Origin: Candidatus Nomurabacteria bacterium CG_4_10_14_0_2_um_filter_30_12
GTDB lineage: Bacteria; Patescibacteriota; Minisyncoccia; Phycocordibacterales; UBA9973
Assembly: GCA_002792755.1 (NCBI GenBank)
Contig: PFOY01000023.1
Location: forward strand, 1-32,097
Direction of reading: 5' to 3'
DNA length: 32,097 nt
Under the pieces are notes generated by a model. The model made no database searches. It was not told the DNA's origin and saw only the letters and a program-made list of their open reading frames with translations. Made by a program: the position numbers and the translations under genes. Shown piece by piece: positions 24,147 through 32,097 of the stretch. Numbering within the stretch: the first letter of the stretch is position 1; every line of letters begins with the position of its first letter.

Positions 24147-25892
24147 ATGATTAATTCATCAGTTCAACAAATTAAGGAAAGGCTTTCAATCGAAGAAGTA
24201 GTCTCTTCTTACATAAAATTAGATCGGGCAGGTGTAAATTTTAAAGCTAGATGTCCATTTCACAACGAAAAAACTCCGTCTTTTTTTGTATCTACAGAAC
24301 GTAATAATTATTATTGTTTTGGTTGTGGTGCAAAAGGTGACATATTTACTTTTGTTGAAGAATTTGAAGGTCTTGATTTTAAAAGTACCTTAAAAATTTT
24401 AGCTGAAAAGGCTGGTGTTGCTTTGATAGAATTTAATAAAGAAAAAGAAGGTGAGAAAGATAGGCTTTATAGAATAACAGAAGAAGCTACTAAGTTTTTT
24501 GAAAAAAATTTAGTAGAAAACCCCAAAGGAAAGCAAGCTTCCTACGGGGCAGGTAAAGAAGTTTTAGAGTATTTGAAATCTCGTGGTTTAACTGAAAAAA
24601 GTATAAAAGATTTTAGAATTGGTTTTGTAAAAAATGACTGGAGAGAATTATATTCTTTTTTTAGAGGAAAAGGTTTTAGTGATACCGAGTTAGAGAAGGC
24701 TGGATTAATTAAAAAAACAGAGAAGGGATATTATGATAGATTTCGTGGACGGATAATGTTTCCGATTTCAGATTCTTCTGGAAGAGTTATAGCATTTTCT
24801 GGGAGAATTTTTAAAGATGACGGAAAAAGTGCGAAATATTTAAACAGTCCAGAGACTCCAATATTTAACAAATCTTCTGTTCTTTTTGGTATAGATAAAG
24901 CAAAAGATTCTATTAGGAAAAATGATTTTTCTATTTTAGTTGAAGGACAATTTGATTTGATTTTGTCACATCAGGCAGGGTTTAAAAATACTGTTGCGTC
25001 TTCTGGGACAGCTATGACTGATTCACTTGTCTCAAAAGAAAATATTATAAATAATCTAGGACTTATTACTAGATTATCAAAAAATATTGTTCTTGCCTAT
25101 GATGCAGATAAGGCAGGCATAAGTGCTTCAAATCGTTTTGCTAAGATTGCTTTATATTTAGGGATGGATGTTAAAGTAGCTAATATAAGAGAAGGAATGG
25201 ATCCAGCAGATTTAATTTCAAAAGTTGGAAAAGATGCTTGGCGTACTTCTATAAAGAATTCAAAACATTTTATTGAATTTATGCTTGATAGGATTTTAAA
25301 TAGTATTTCTGATGAGAGAAAAATAGATAAGGAAATTAGAGAAAAATTACTTCCTTTTGTAAATGACATAGAGAGCTCAATCGAAAAATCACATTTTATT
25401 CAATTGATTAGTAGTAAGTCTGCTATTGCTACTAGTGATCTTATAGAAGATTTAAAGAAAGTTGAATTTGCATTAAAATATGATAAAGAAGAGGTAAAAA
25501 TTGCAAAAGAAAATGTAGAAAAAAAATTAAGAAAAGATTCAATTGAGCGTAAACTTTTAGGTATAGCTTTTTGGCAAGAAAACAAAAAAGATAAAAAAAT
25601 AGATTCAGAATTAATTTTTAAAATATTAAAAATAGAAAAAGAAAAATATGAAAATATAAAAGAAGATTTAATTTCTGAAGCAGAAGAATTTTATTCAAAT
25701 AATGAAAATTTACAAAAAGATATAGATGAGATGCTATTAAATATAGAAGAAGAATATCTTAAAGAGGAATTATCAAAAAATATGGTTGATTTATATAATT
25801 TAAAAGGTAGAGAAGAAGAAATAATAATTTTTAAAAAAATAAATGAGATTAATAAAAAAATACAAGATATTAAAAATGGTCGTAAGAATTAG
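24147..25892 (+). CDS. dnaG: DNA primase
   Basis: CHC2 zinc finger CPFHNEKTPSFFV...YYCFGCGAKGD, RNA polymerase core RIMFPI and TOPRIM EGQFDLI...YDADKAG. Confidence 0.93.
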   Translation: MINSSVQQIKERLSIEEVVSSYIKLDRAGVNFKARCPFHNEKTPSFFVSTERNNYYCFGCGAKGDIFTFVEEFEGLDFKSTLKILAEKAGVALIEFNKEKEGEKDRLYRITEEATKFFEKNLVENPKGKQASYGAGKEVLEYLKSRGLTEKSIKDFRIGFVKNDWRELYSFFRGKGFSDTELEKAGLIKKTEKGYYDRFRGRIMFPISDSSGRVIAFSGRIFKDDGKSAKYLNSPETPIFNKSSVLFGIDKAKDSIRKNDFSILVEGQFDLILSHQAGFKNTVASSGTAMTDSLVSKENIINNLGLITRLSKNIVLAYDADKAGISASNRFAKIALYLGMDVKVANIREGMDPADLISKVGKDAWRTSIKNSKHFIEFMLDRILNSISDERKIDKEIREKLLPFVNDIESSIEKSHFIQLISSKSAIATSDLIEDLKKVEFALKYDKEEVKIAKENVEKKLRKDSIERKLLGIAFWQENKKDKKIDSELIFKILKIEKEKYENIKEDLISEAEEFYSNNENLQKDIDEMLLNIEEEYLKEELSKNMVDLYNLKGREEEIIIFKKINEINKKIQDIKNGRKN

Positions 25893-25940
25893 TAGAAAGT
25901 TATAAAGTAATTAAGTTAATAAGGTAAAATAATTTTAAAT

Positions 25941-27191
25941 ATGAAAATAAAAAATAAAAAGATAGTTAAGAAAAATAAGAAGATAAAAAAGAAAGTTTAT
26001 AAAACTAAGAATAAAGTAAATAAAAAAACAGTCAAAAAAAGTAAAATAGTAAAAAAAGTTTCTAAAAAGATAATAAAATCAGCATTAAAGACAAAAGTTG
26101 CAAAAAAATTAACAGCTAAAGAAAAAAAAGCAGATGCTTTTTCTCATATTTCTGATGGTCTTATAGAAAAAGGACGAAAAAGAGGATTTATTACATATGA
26201 TGAAATATTAAAAACTTTTCCTGATATTGAAAATAATATTTTCTTTTTAGATGAGTTATACGAGAAATTTTCAGTTGCTGGTATTGATGTGTTGGAAGGT
26301 GGAAATTTACTTAACTTAGATAATGATGTTTCTGATAAGGACCTTAATAAATCAACGATGCATGATTCTATTCAAATGTATTTAAAAGAGATAGGGCAGT
26401 ATTCTTTGATTCATGCAGTTGATGAAAAAGATCTTGCTAAACGTATAGAATTAGGTGATCCGGAAGCAAAGAATTTATTAGCACGTGCTAATCTACGTTT
26501 AGTCGTTTCAATAGCTAAAAAATATGTAGGAAGAAGTGCAAACTTAAGTTTACTTGATTTGATTCAAGAAGGGAACTTGGGTTTATTTAAGGCAGTTGAG
26601 AAATTTGATTGGACAAAAGGATATAAATTTTCTACATATGCTACTTGGTGGATTCGTCAATCTATTACTCGTGCTTTAGCTGACCAAAGTAGAACTATTC
26701 GTATACCAGTGCATATGGTTGAAACTATTTCAAAATATAAACAAACTTATAGGAGACTTAGTCAAGATTTGGGACGTGAACCATTAGCAGAAGAGATAGC
26801 AACAGAAATGGGTATTCCAGTTGAGAAAATTCATGTTATTGAAAATATTAGCCAGGAAACTATTTCTCTCGAACAGCCAGTAGGGGATGATGATGATAAA
26901 TCAACATTAGAGAATTTTATTCCCGATGATAAAATTTTACGTCCTGATCAAGAATCTTCTAGACGTATTTTGTCTGATCAGATTCGTGAAGTTTTAAATG
27001 AACTTAATCCAAAAGAATGTAAAATTCTTGAAATGCGTTATGGACTTGTTGATGGTATACAACATACTTTAGAGAGAGTAGGAGAAGAGTTTGGAGTCAC
27101 CCGTGAACGTATTCGTCAGATTGAAGCGAAAGTGCACGAAAAACTTCGCCAACATGAAAAAATAGCCCGTCTTAAGAATTATTTTGACTAA
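25941..27191 (+). CDS. rpoD: RNA polymerase sigma-70 (primary sigma factor) with a lysine-rich N-terminal extension
   Basis: Region 1.2 is [16 protein letters not shown]. Region 2 is [38 protein letters not shown]. Region 4.2 is [23 protein letters not shown]. Confidence 0.93.
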   Translation: MKIKNKKIVKKNKKIKKKVYKTKNKVNKKTVKKSKIVKKVSKKIIKSALKTKVAKKLTAKEKKADAFSHISDGLIEKGRKRGFITYDEILKTFPDIENNIFFLDELYEKFSVAGIDVLEGGNLLNLDNDVSDKDLNKSTMHDSIQMYLKEIGQYSLIHAVDEKDLAKRIELGDPEAKNLLARANLRLVVSIAKKYVGRSANLSLLDLIQEGNLGLFKAVEKFDWTKGYKFSTYATWWIRQSITRALADQSRTIRIPVHMVETISKYKQTYRRLSQDLGREPLAEEIATEMGIPVEKIHVIENISQETISLEQPVGDDDDKSTLENFIPDDKILRPDQESSRRILSDQIREVLNELNPKECKILEMRYGLVDGIQHTLERVGEEFGVTRERIRQIEAKVHEKLRQHEKIARLKNYFD

Positions 27192-27292
27192 TTGTTTTAT
27201 ATTAGAATATGATATAATTATTAAGTTATTATTAAAACTTGCTTAAATCGTCGTTTGAGCTGGGAAATATTATAAATTATTTTATTAATATT

Positions 27293-27604
27293 ATGTGTAA
27301 AGATTGTTGTAAAAAAGGTGCTTGTACTATGGCTATGATTGCTAAAGTTCTCGTAGTTATAGGTGGAGTAAATTTGGGTTTGGTAGGTTTAGGAATGCTT
27401 TTAGGAACTACAGGTGGTTGGAATGTTGTGAATATGATTCTTGGCTCTGTTCCTGTATTTGAAGCAGTTATATATGTGCTCGTTGGAGTCGGAGCTATTA
27501 TGCTTGCCTTTGGTTGTAAATGTGGTAAATGTATGGATGGTGTTTGTGCTTCTTGTGCTTCTTGTGCTCCAAATGAAGCTCCAAAGACAGAAGCAAGTAT
27601 GTAA
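27293..27604 (+). CDS. DUF378-like two-TM membrane protein with cysteine-rich N- and C-terminal tails
   Basis: The core IAKVLVVIGGVNLGLVGL...VVNMILGS...AVIYVLVGVGAIM resembles DUF378 (YuzA-like). The tails are MCKDCCKKGAC and GCKCGKCMDGVCASCASC. The start was chosen at ATG 27293; ATG 27329 is an alternative. Confidence 0.55.
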   Translation: MCKDCCKKGACTMAMIAKVLVVIGGVNLGLVGLGMLLGTTGGWNVVNMILGSVPVFEAVIYVLVGVGAIMLAFGCKCGKCMDGVCASCASCAPNEAPKTEASM

Positions 27605-27628
27605 TTTAGTATTTTTAAAAGAGCTTTT

Positions 27629-27665
27629 CCCAACTATGATTTAGGTTATAGTTGGGTTTGCTTTT
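27629..27665 (+). terminator. rho-independent terminator after the DUF378-like gene
   Basis: A 9-bp stem pairs CCCAACTAT (27629-27637) with ATAGTTGGG (27648-27656), followed by TTTGCTTTT. Confidence 0.65.
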
Positions 27666-27686
27666 ATCCTAAAATTGTTATATTAT
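27658..27686 (+). promoter_or_regulatory. putative promoter TTGCTT - 17 nt - TATTAT, 11 nt before the ATG at 27698
   Basis: -35 at 27658-27663 and -10 at 27681-27686. Confidence 0.45.
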
Positions 27687-27697
27687 TTTAATATAAT

Positions 27698-28960
27698 ATG
27701 GATTCAATTTCAAATGTGGTGTTTTATATAGCGACATTTTTTTCTGTTTATTTACAGGTCTTTTTATTGATTACTTTTCTTGAAAATAGGAAAAAGATAG
27801 TTGTAAATACTTTGCATTTAGAACTTGAAAAATATCCTGGAGTGACAGTAGTAGTTCCTTGTTATAACGAAGAAAAAACTATTTTTCGTACAGTTCATTC
27901 TTTACTTGAGCTTGATTATCCAAAAGATAAACTTCATTTAATATTGATTGATGATGGAAGTACTGATGATACTTTTTCTATTCTTAAACGATTTGAAGGT
28001 AGAAATAATATAAAGGTTATAAAAAAAGAAAATGGTGGTAAACATACTGCTCAAAATTTAGGACTTAAATATACAGAGACTCCTTTTGTTGGATGTCTAG
28101 ATTCTGACTCATTAGTTCATCCTCAGGCTTTGAAACGTATTATGAATACTTTTTCTAAAGATGAAAGTGTATCTGCTGTTATACCATCTATATTGGTTAC
28201 TTCTTCAAAAAATATAGTAGAAAAAGTTCAGAAAGCAGAGTATGATTTGATTGTTTTTAATAAGAAAATGTTTTCTTTTTTAAATGCTATACATGTGACG
28301 CCAGGACCATTTGCTATTTTTAAAAAGAAAGTATTTGATGAGATAGGTCCTTATAGACATGCACACAATACAGAAGATCAAGAGATAGCTCTTCGTATGC
28401 ATAAACATGGTTATAAAATAGAAAATTGTTCAGATGCATATGTTTATACTTCAGTACCTAAGACAATTTCGAGATTATACCAACAACGTGTTCGTTGGAC
28501 TTATGGTTTTTTTAGAAATATGATAGATTATCGTGATCTTTTTTTTAAAAAGAAATTTGGTAATCTAGGTTTTTTGACTCTTCCTTCTGGAATTATTTCT
28601 TTTTCTGGTGTTATAGTGATGTTTGTTTTATTGGTAGCTAATTTTGTATCTTTTATTTCAAAAAAAATACTTGAGATAAAAACTATTGGTATGTCTGCGA
28701 GTTTTGGTATCTTTAAGTTTGATTTTTTCTTTATAAATACAAAAACCCTTTTGTTTATGACTATTTTTACTTATATTTTGTTAATTATTGCTATTTTTAT
28801 TGGTAAAAAGATGACAGAGGGAAAACCAGGGTTTCCATTCGAGGTCTTGTATTTGGTACCTTTTTATGGTTTTTTTGCACCTTTTTGGATAATAAGATCT
28901 TTTTGGAATGCCATTTTTAAGAAAGAATCGAGTTGGCAAATGGAACGAGTATCTTTATAA
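27698..28960 (+). CDS. processive family-2 glycosyltransferase (PgaC/IcaA/NodC/cellulose-synthase-like membrane synthase)
   Basis: VVVPCYNEE, LILIDDGSTDDT, LDSDS, TEDQEIALR and QQRVRWTYG (QxxRW). One N-terminal and several C-terminal TM segments are present. Confidence 0.85.
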   Translation: MDSISNVVFYIATFFSVYLQVFLLITFLENRKKIVVNTLHLELEKYPGVTVVVPCYNEEKTIFRTVHSLLELDYPKDKLHLILIDDGSTDDTFSILKRFEGRNNIKVIKKENGGKHTAQNLGLKYTETPFVGCLDSDSLVHPQALKRIMNTFSKDESVSAVIPSILVTSSKNIVEKVQKAEYDLIVFNKKMFSFLNAIHVTPGPFAIFKKKVFDEIGPYRHAHNTEDQEIALRMHKHGYKIENCSDAYVYTSVPKTISRLYQQRVRWTYGFFRNMIDYRDLFFKKKFGNLGFLTLPSGIISFSGVIVMFVLLVANFVSFISKKILEIKTIGMSASFGIFKFDFFFINTKTLLFMTIFTYILLIIAIFIGKKMTEGKPGFPFEVLYLVPFYGFFAPFWIIRSFWNAIFKKESSWQMERVSL

Positions 28961-28961
28961 T

Positions 28962-29666
28962 ATGATTTTTGATTGGAAAAAATATTTAATTGTCTTTTTA
29001 TTTACTGTTGGGCTTTTTTTGAGTGCTAGTTATATTAGTAATTATTTTGGTAATAAAAAGATTGATCAATTGAAATTGATTCAAGATAAAATATCTATTG
29101 ATATTCTTTCTTCTGAAACTCAGTTTTCATTACTCTCAGAACTTTCCTGTAAAAATATTTCTGATTCTGTCCTCTCTGGTGAGCTTGGTGAGCTTGGACG
29201 TAAATTAGAATGGGGACAAGAGAATCTTGGTATGACTGATACAGTTTCTTATTTGAAAAAATATTATTCTCTTCTTGAAATTAAAGATTATCTTTTGACT
29301 AAAAAGATATCGGAACGTTGTAAAACAAAAGCTGCATTTATTCTTTATTTTTATACTATACCAGGAGATTGTACTGAATGTGAAAAAGAAGGCTTGGTAC
29401 TTTCAGCACTTAAAGAGAAATATCCAGAACTTCGTGTATATTCTTTTGATTATAGTATTGATTTATCAGCAGTAAAAGCAATGCTTCAAATTTATAAAAT
29501 AGAAAGTACGAAGCTACCAGCACTTGTTATAGATGAAGATGTATTGACTGGTTTTCATGATATGGATGAGCTTGAGTCTAGGGTAAAACAATCTTTTAAA
29601 CTTCAAGAGATAAAATTGGAAACAGATAAAACAGTAAAAGAAACTACTACAAAAAAGAATCCTTAA
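28962..29666 (+). CDS. membrane-anchored thioredoxin-fold protein with a CxxC motif (CTEC)
   Basis: The start is placed at ATG 28962, 1 nt after the GT2 stop. A TM anchor (LIVFLFTVGLFLSASYI) is followed by FILYFYTIPGDCTECEKEG ... KLPALVIDEDVLTGF, laid out as beta-CxxC-alpha...Pro-beta as in Trx/Dsb folds. Confidence 0.55.
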   Translation: MIFDWKKYLIVFLFTVGLFLSASYISNYFGNKKIDQLKLIQDKISIDILSSETQFSLLSELSCKNISDSVLSGELGELGRKLEWGQENLGMTDTVSYLKKYYSLLEIKDYLLTKKISERCKTKAAFILYFYTIPGDCTECEKEGLVLSALKEKYPELRVYSFDYSIDLSAVKAMLQIYKIESTKLPALVIDEDVLTGFHDMDELESRVKQSFKLQEIKLETDKTVKETTTKKNP

Positions 29667-29669
29667 AAC

Positions 29670-31763
29670 ATGAAAATTAGTTTAATAATTCCTACTTATA
29701 ATGAAAAAGATAACATATATGATCTTCTTTTAAAATTAAAAGAAGAATTTTTAAAAAATAAAATTGATAATGAGATTATTGTTGTTGATGATAATTCTCC
29801 AGATGGGACAGGACAAATTTTAGAAAAATTAAAAATAGAATATTTTAATTTAAAAGTTATTCATAGATCTGGTAAACTTGGTCTTTCTTCTGCTGTTTTA
29901 GAAGGATTTAATATTGCTGGTGGTGATATTTTGGGAGTTATTGATGCTGATTTGAGTCACCCTGTTTTTAAAATTAGTGAAATGTATAAAGAGATTATAA
30001 ATGGTGCTGATTTTGTTGTAGGGAGTAGGTATGTTAAGGGTGGGAAAATAGAAGGTTGGAATTTATATAGAAAGATATTATCTAGAGGAGCTATTATATT
30101 AGCGAAAGTTTTTACTAATGTTAAAGATCCAATGTCTGGATTTTTTATGTTTAAGAAGGAGCTGATTAAAGATAAAATAATAAATCCAAAAGGTTTTAAA
30201 ATTTTACTTGAGTTATTAATTAAATTAGATTATAAAAATATAGTTGAAATTCCTATTATTTTTACAAATCGTACAGTAGGGAAGAGTAAAGCTGGAGCAA
30301 AAGAAATAATTTTCTATTTACAAAATTTATTTGGTTATATATCTCTTAATAAGAGAATAAAGAATTGTTTTAATACACCAAAAGGGTTATTTGTTATAGT
30401 ATTTTTAATATTAATTATTGCTCGTTTGATATATTTATTATTTCCTACAAAAATAGCATGGGATGCATCTGTATATATTGGTATGGCTGAGTATATGCTT
30501 TCATTTGGTAAAATAGGGTTATGGGAATATTTTCGTCCGCCTGTTTTACCTATTTTGTTTTCCATAGGAGGATATATTAGCTTGCCAATTATAATATGGG
30601 CCCAGTTTTTAACATTTTTAGCTAGTATTCTATCTTTATGGTTGATATATAAGATAGGTGAGAAAATAGGACCTTTTATTGGAGTTTTTGCAAGTATTGC
30701 ACTTGGTGTATCGACCATATTTTTTAGTTTTAGCAATACACCAATGACAGAAGTATTTGGTGTATTTTTTAGTTTATTAGTTTTATATTTTTTCTTTGTA
30801 AGAGAATATTATTTTACATCAGGATTATTAGTTGGTATATGTTTTTTGGCACGTTTTCCTTATGGATTACTTGCTTTAGTTTTTGGTTTGAGTTTATTTT
30901 ATTTTAATTGGAAAGATAAAAATTTTTGGAGGCAATTTTTAAATAAATTATTTTATTTTTCAATTGGGTTTTTAAGTATTGTATTTTTATATCTTTTTTC
31001 TAATTATTTTTTTTATGGTGACTTATTTTCTCCATTAATAGCAGGTATTGATGTGATAAGTGGTTCTATTTGGATATATAAAAGAGCATTTGGATTTTAT
31101 GAGAATATTATATTTTTACAAAATCCATTATTTATATTTTCTATTATTACTATATTTATGTCATTTTTCTTTAAATTCTTTTCAGAAAAAAGATATATTA
31201 TTTATATTCTTTTTACATGGATAATTGTATTTTTTATTTATTTTGTTAATGAGACACATAAAGAAATACGTTATATTGTGACTATTTTTCCTGCACTTTC
31301 TTTATTGTCTGGTATTTCATTAAGTTATTTTTATAAAAAATATAAAAAATTTATCTTTATTTTAATAGTTTTATTAATTGTTATTACTTTTAATAATATG
31401 ACTTTTTTTGTGCAATCAAAAAGTGTTTCAGAATCTTTTAAGAATTTTTATTTTTTTTTAAATAAAGAAGATGGTAAGACAGTAATCACTTCATCTCCCA
31501 TGGTAGTTGTATATTCTCCAGTAAGAATTATACCAGCATATGATCGTTGGGAATTTTTTAAGAATATATATGAACGAGATCGTTTAAATGCAGATTTTTT
31601 ATTAATAGATTCTTGTGAATTATATGTTTGTCCACCTCAAGGTGAAGTATTATGTGAAAATTATAAAAAAGAAGTATTAGAACAAGTATATACAAATGAA
31701 AATGTTATTTATGATAATAATATAGGAACTTGCCATCAAATAATTGCTAAAATTAGAAAATAA
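29670..31763 (+). CDS. fusion of polyprenol-phosphate sugar synthase (Dpm1/GtrB-like GT2) with a GT-C (ArnT/PMT-like) membrane glycosyltransferase domain
   Basis: The N-terminal ~230 aa carries IIPTYNEKDNI, VVDDNSPDGTG, GKLGLSSAVLEGF and VIDADLSHP. About 10 or more hydrophobic spans follow, with an early-loop AWDASVYIGMAEY. A Cys-containing C-terminal soluble domain ends the protein. Confidence 0.8.
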   Translation: MKISLIIPTYNEKDNIYDLLLKLKEEFLKNKIDNEIIVVDDNSPDGTGQILEKLKIEYFNLKVIHRSGKLGLSSAVLEGFNIAGGDILGVIDADLSHPVFKISEMYKEIINGADFVVGSRYVKGGKIEGWNLYRKILSRGAIILAKVFTNVKDPMSGFFMFKKELIKDKIINPKGFKILLELLIKLDYKNIVEIPIIFTNRTVGKSKAGAKEIIFYLQNLFGYISLNKRIKNCFNTPKGLFVIVFLILIIARLIYLLFPTKIAWDASVYIGMAEYMLSFGKIGLWEYFRPPVLPILFSIGGYISLPIIIWAQFLTFLASILSLWLIYKIGEKIGPFIGVFASIALGVSTIFFSFSNTPMTEVFGVFFSLLVLYFFFVREYYFTSGLLVGICFLARFPYGLLALVFGLSLFYFNWKDKNFWRQFLNKLFYFSIGFLSIVFLYLFSNYFFYGDLFSPLIAGIDVISGSIWIYKRAFGFYENIIFLQNPLFIFSIITIFMSFFFKFFSEKRYIIYILFTWIIVFFIYFVNETHKEIRYIVTIFPALSLLSGISLSYFYKKYKKFIFILIVLLIVITFNNMTFFVQSKSVSESFKNFYFFLNKEDGKTVITSSPMVVVYSPVRIIPAYDRWEFFKNIYERDRLNADFLLIDSCELYVCPPQGEVLCENYKKEVLEQVYTNENVIYDNNIGTCHQIIAKIRK

Positions 31764-31815
31764 AAATATAAAGCCTTTATATTAAAAGGGTAGTGAAAGT
31801 TTTACACATATTTAT

Positions 31816-31844
31816 TTGACTATACCCCCTAGGGGGTATATACT
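31816..31844 (+). promoter_or_regulatory. csoR promoter (TTGACT - 17 nt - TATACT) with an embedded 20-bp perfect palindromic operator
   Basis: TATACCCCCTAGGGGGTATA at 31821-31840 is its own reverse complement. It fills the spacer between the -35 (31816-31821) and the -10 (31839-31844). The ATG lies 6 nt downstream. Confidence 0.6.
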
Positions 31845-31850
31845 CTTTTT

Positions 31851-32097
31851 ATGCATAATGATAAACAAAAACTTATTCGCAGATTAAAAATAATTGAAGG
31901 ACAAGTGAGAGGACTTCAAAATATGCTCCAAAATGATATCTATTGTATTGATATCATTACTCAAACGTCTGCTATCAAACAGGCTCTTTCTGGAGTAGAA
32001 GATAAGCTTATGGAAGGGCATTTAGGGTATTGTTTAGTTAATCAAATTAAAAAAGGTCAAACAGATAAAGCTACTAAAGAGATTTTAAAAGTTTATC
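31851..32097 (+). CDS. csoR: CsoR/RcnR-family metal-sensing transcriptional repressor (3' end outside the window)
   Basis: My own translation is MHNDKQKLIRRLKIIEGQVRGLQNMLQNDIYCIDIITQTSAIKQALSGVEDKLMEGHLGYCLVNQI... It shows RL.RIEGQ, a Cys in YCID and H-x3-C (HLGYC), which is the x-C-H-C copper-type fingerprint. This ORF is absent from the supplied track because it runs off the window. Confidence 0.85.
   Translation, partial: MHNDKQKLIRRLKIIEGQVRGLQNMLQNDIYCIDIITQTSAIKQALSGVEDKLMEGHLGYCLVNQIKKGQTDKATKEILKVY

Noticed and set aside
27239-27292. TTG-initiated extension of the DUF378-like ORF
   Set aside because: The 18 extra residues are AT-rich spacer translation with no signal. The first ATG (27293) begins the Cys-rich tail.
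27277-27633. 118-aa antisense ORF opposite the DUF378-like gene, plus the 27441..27644 ORF
   Set aside because: These are mirror-frame artefacts of a Gly/Val/Cys-rich gene, with a low-complexity Pro/Thr product. The plus-strand gene has family similarity and a terminator.
28908-28961. Upstream extension of the thioredoxin-fold ORF that overlaps the end of the GT2 gene
   Set aside because: The extension (MPFLRKNRVGKWNEYLYN) overlaps the GT2 coding frame. The ATG at 28962 immediately follows the GT2 stop and precedes the TM anchor.
1-32097. Alternative genetic code (UGA recoding, as in some candidate phyla)
   Set aside because: All long conserved genes are intact under the standard code, with no in-frame TGA needed to complete them, and several end in TAA or TAG at the expected lengths.

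Overview
This is an AT-rich (roughly 30% GC by eye), tightly packed bacterial chromosomal segment read with the standard genetic code. No tRNA, rRNA or CRISPR array was recognised. Most of it is information-processing genes. In order these are gyrB (3' part), thrS, rpmF, a NusB-Nudix fusion, rnc, a short hinge-less SMC, a DD-carboxypeptidase/CapA fusion, rnr, rpsP, a KH protein, trmD, rpoB, rpoC, dnaG and rpoD. A cell-envelope glycosylation cluster follows: a processive GT2 synthase, a membrane-anchored thioredoxin-fold protein and a polyprenol-P-sugar synthase fused to a GT-C domain. The window ends in the 5' part of a csoR-type repressor with a perfect palindromic operator. Short housekeeping proteins, unusual domain fusions and scarce Shine-Dalgarno sequences suggest a reduced-genome lineage such as CPR/Patescibacteria; this is inference only. 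Three accessory islands interrupt the core genes. (1) A DUF559 endonuclease gene sits inside a GC-rich hairpin-repeat cassette with inverted ends (7121-7803). (2) Two membrane-anchored paralogues with a shared leader bracket a decayed VapBC-like pair (12194-13802). (3) An orphan MazF/PemK toxin lies between rpoC and dnaG. On the opposite strand it is bracketed by two copies of a promoter / ~50-nt RNA / terminator module that share a CCTCCGAGA core. This third island is the most novel-looking candidate system in the window. A recurrent TTGCnT -35 promoter type was also seen. Several of these promoters sit only 6-11 nt from the start codon, which suggests leaderless mRNAs.
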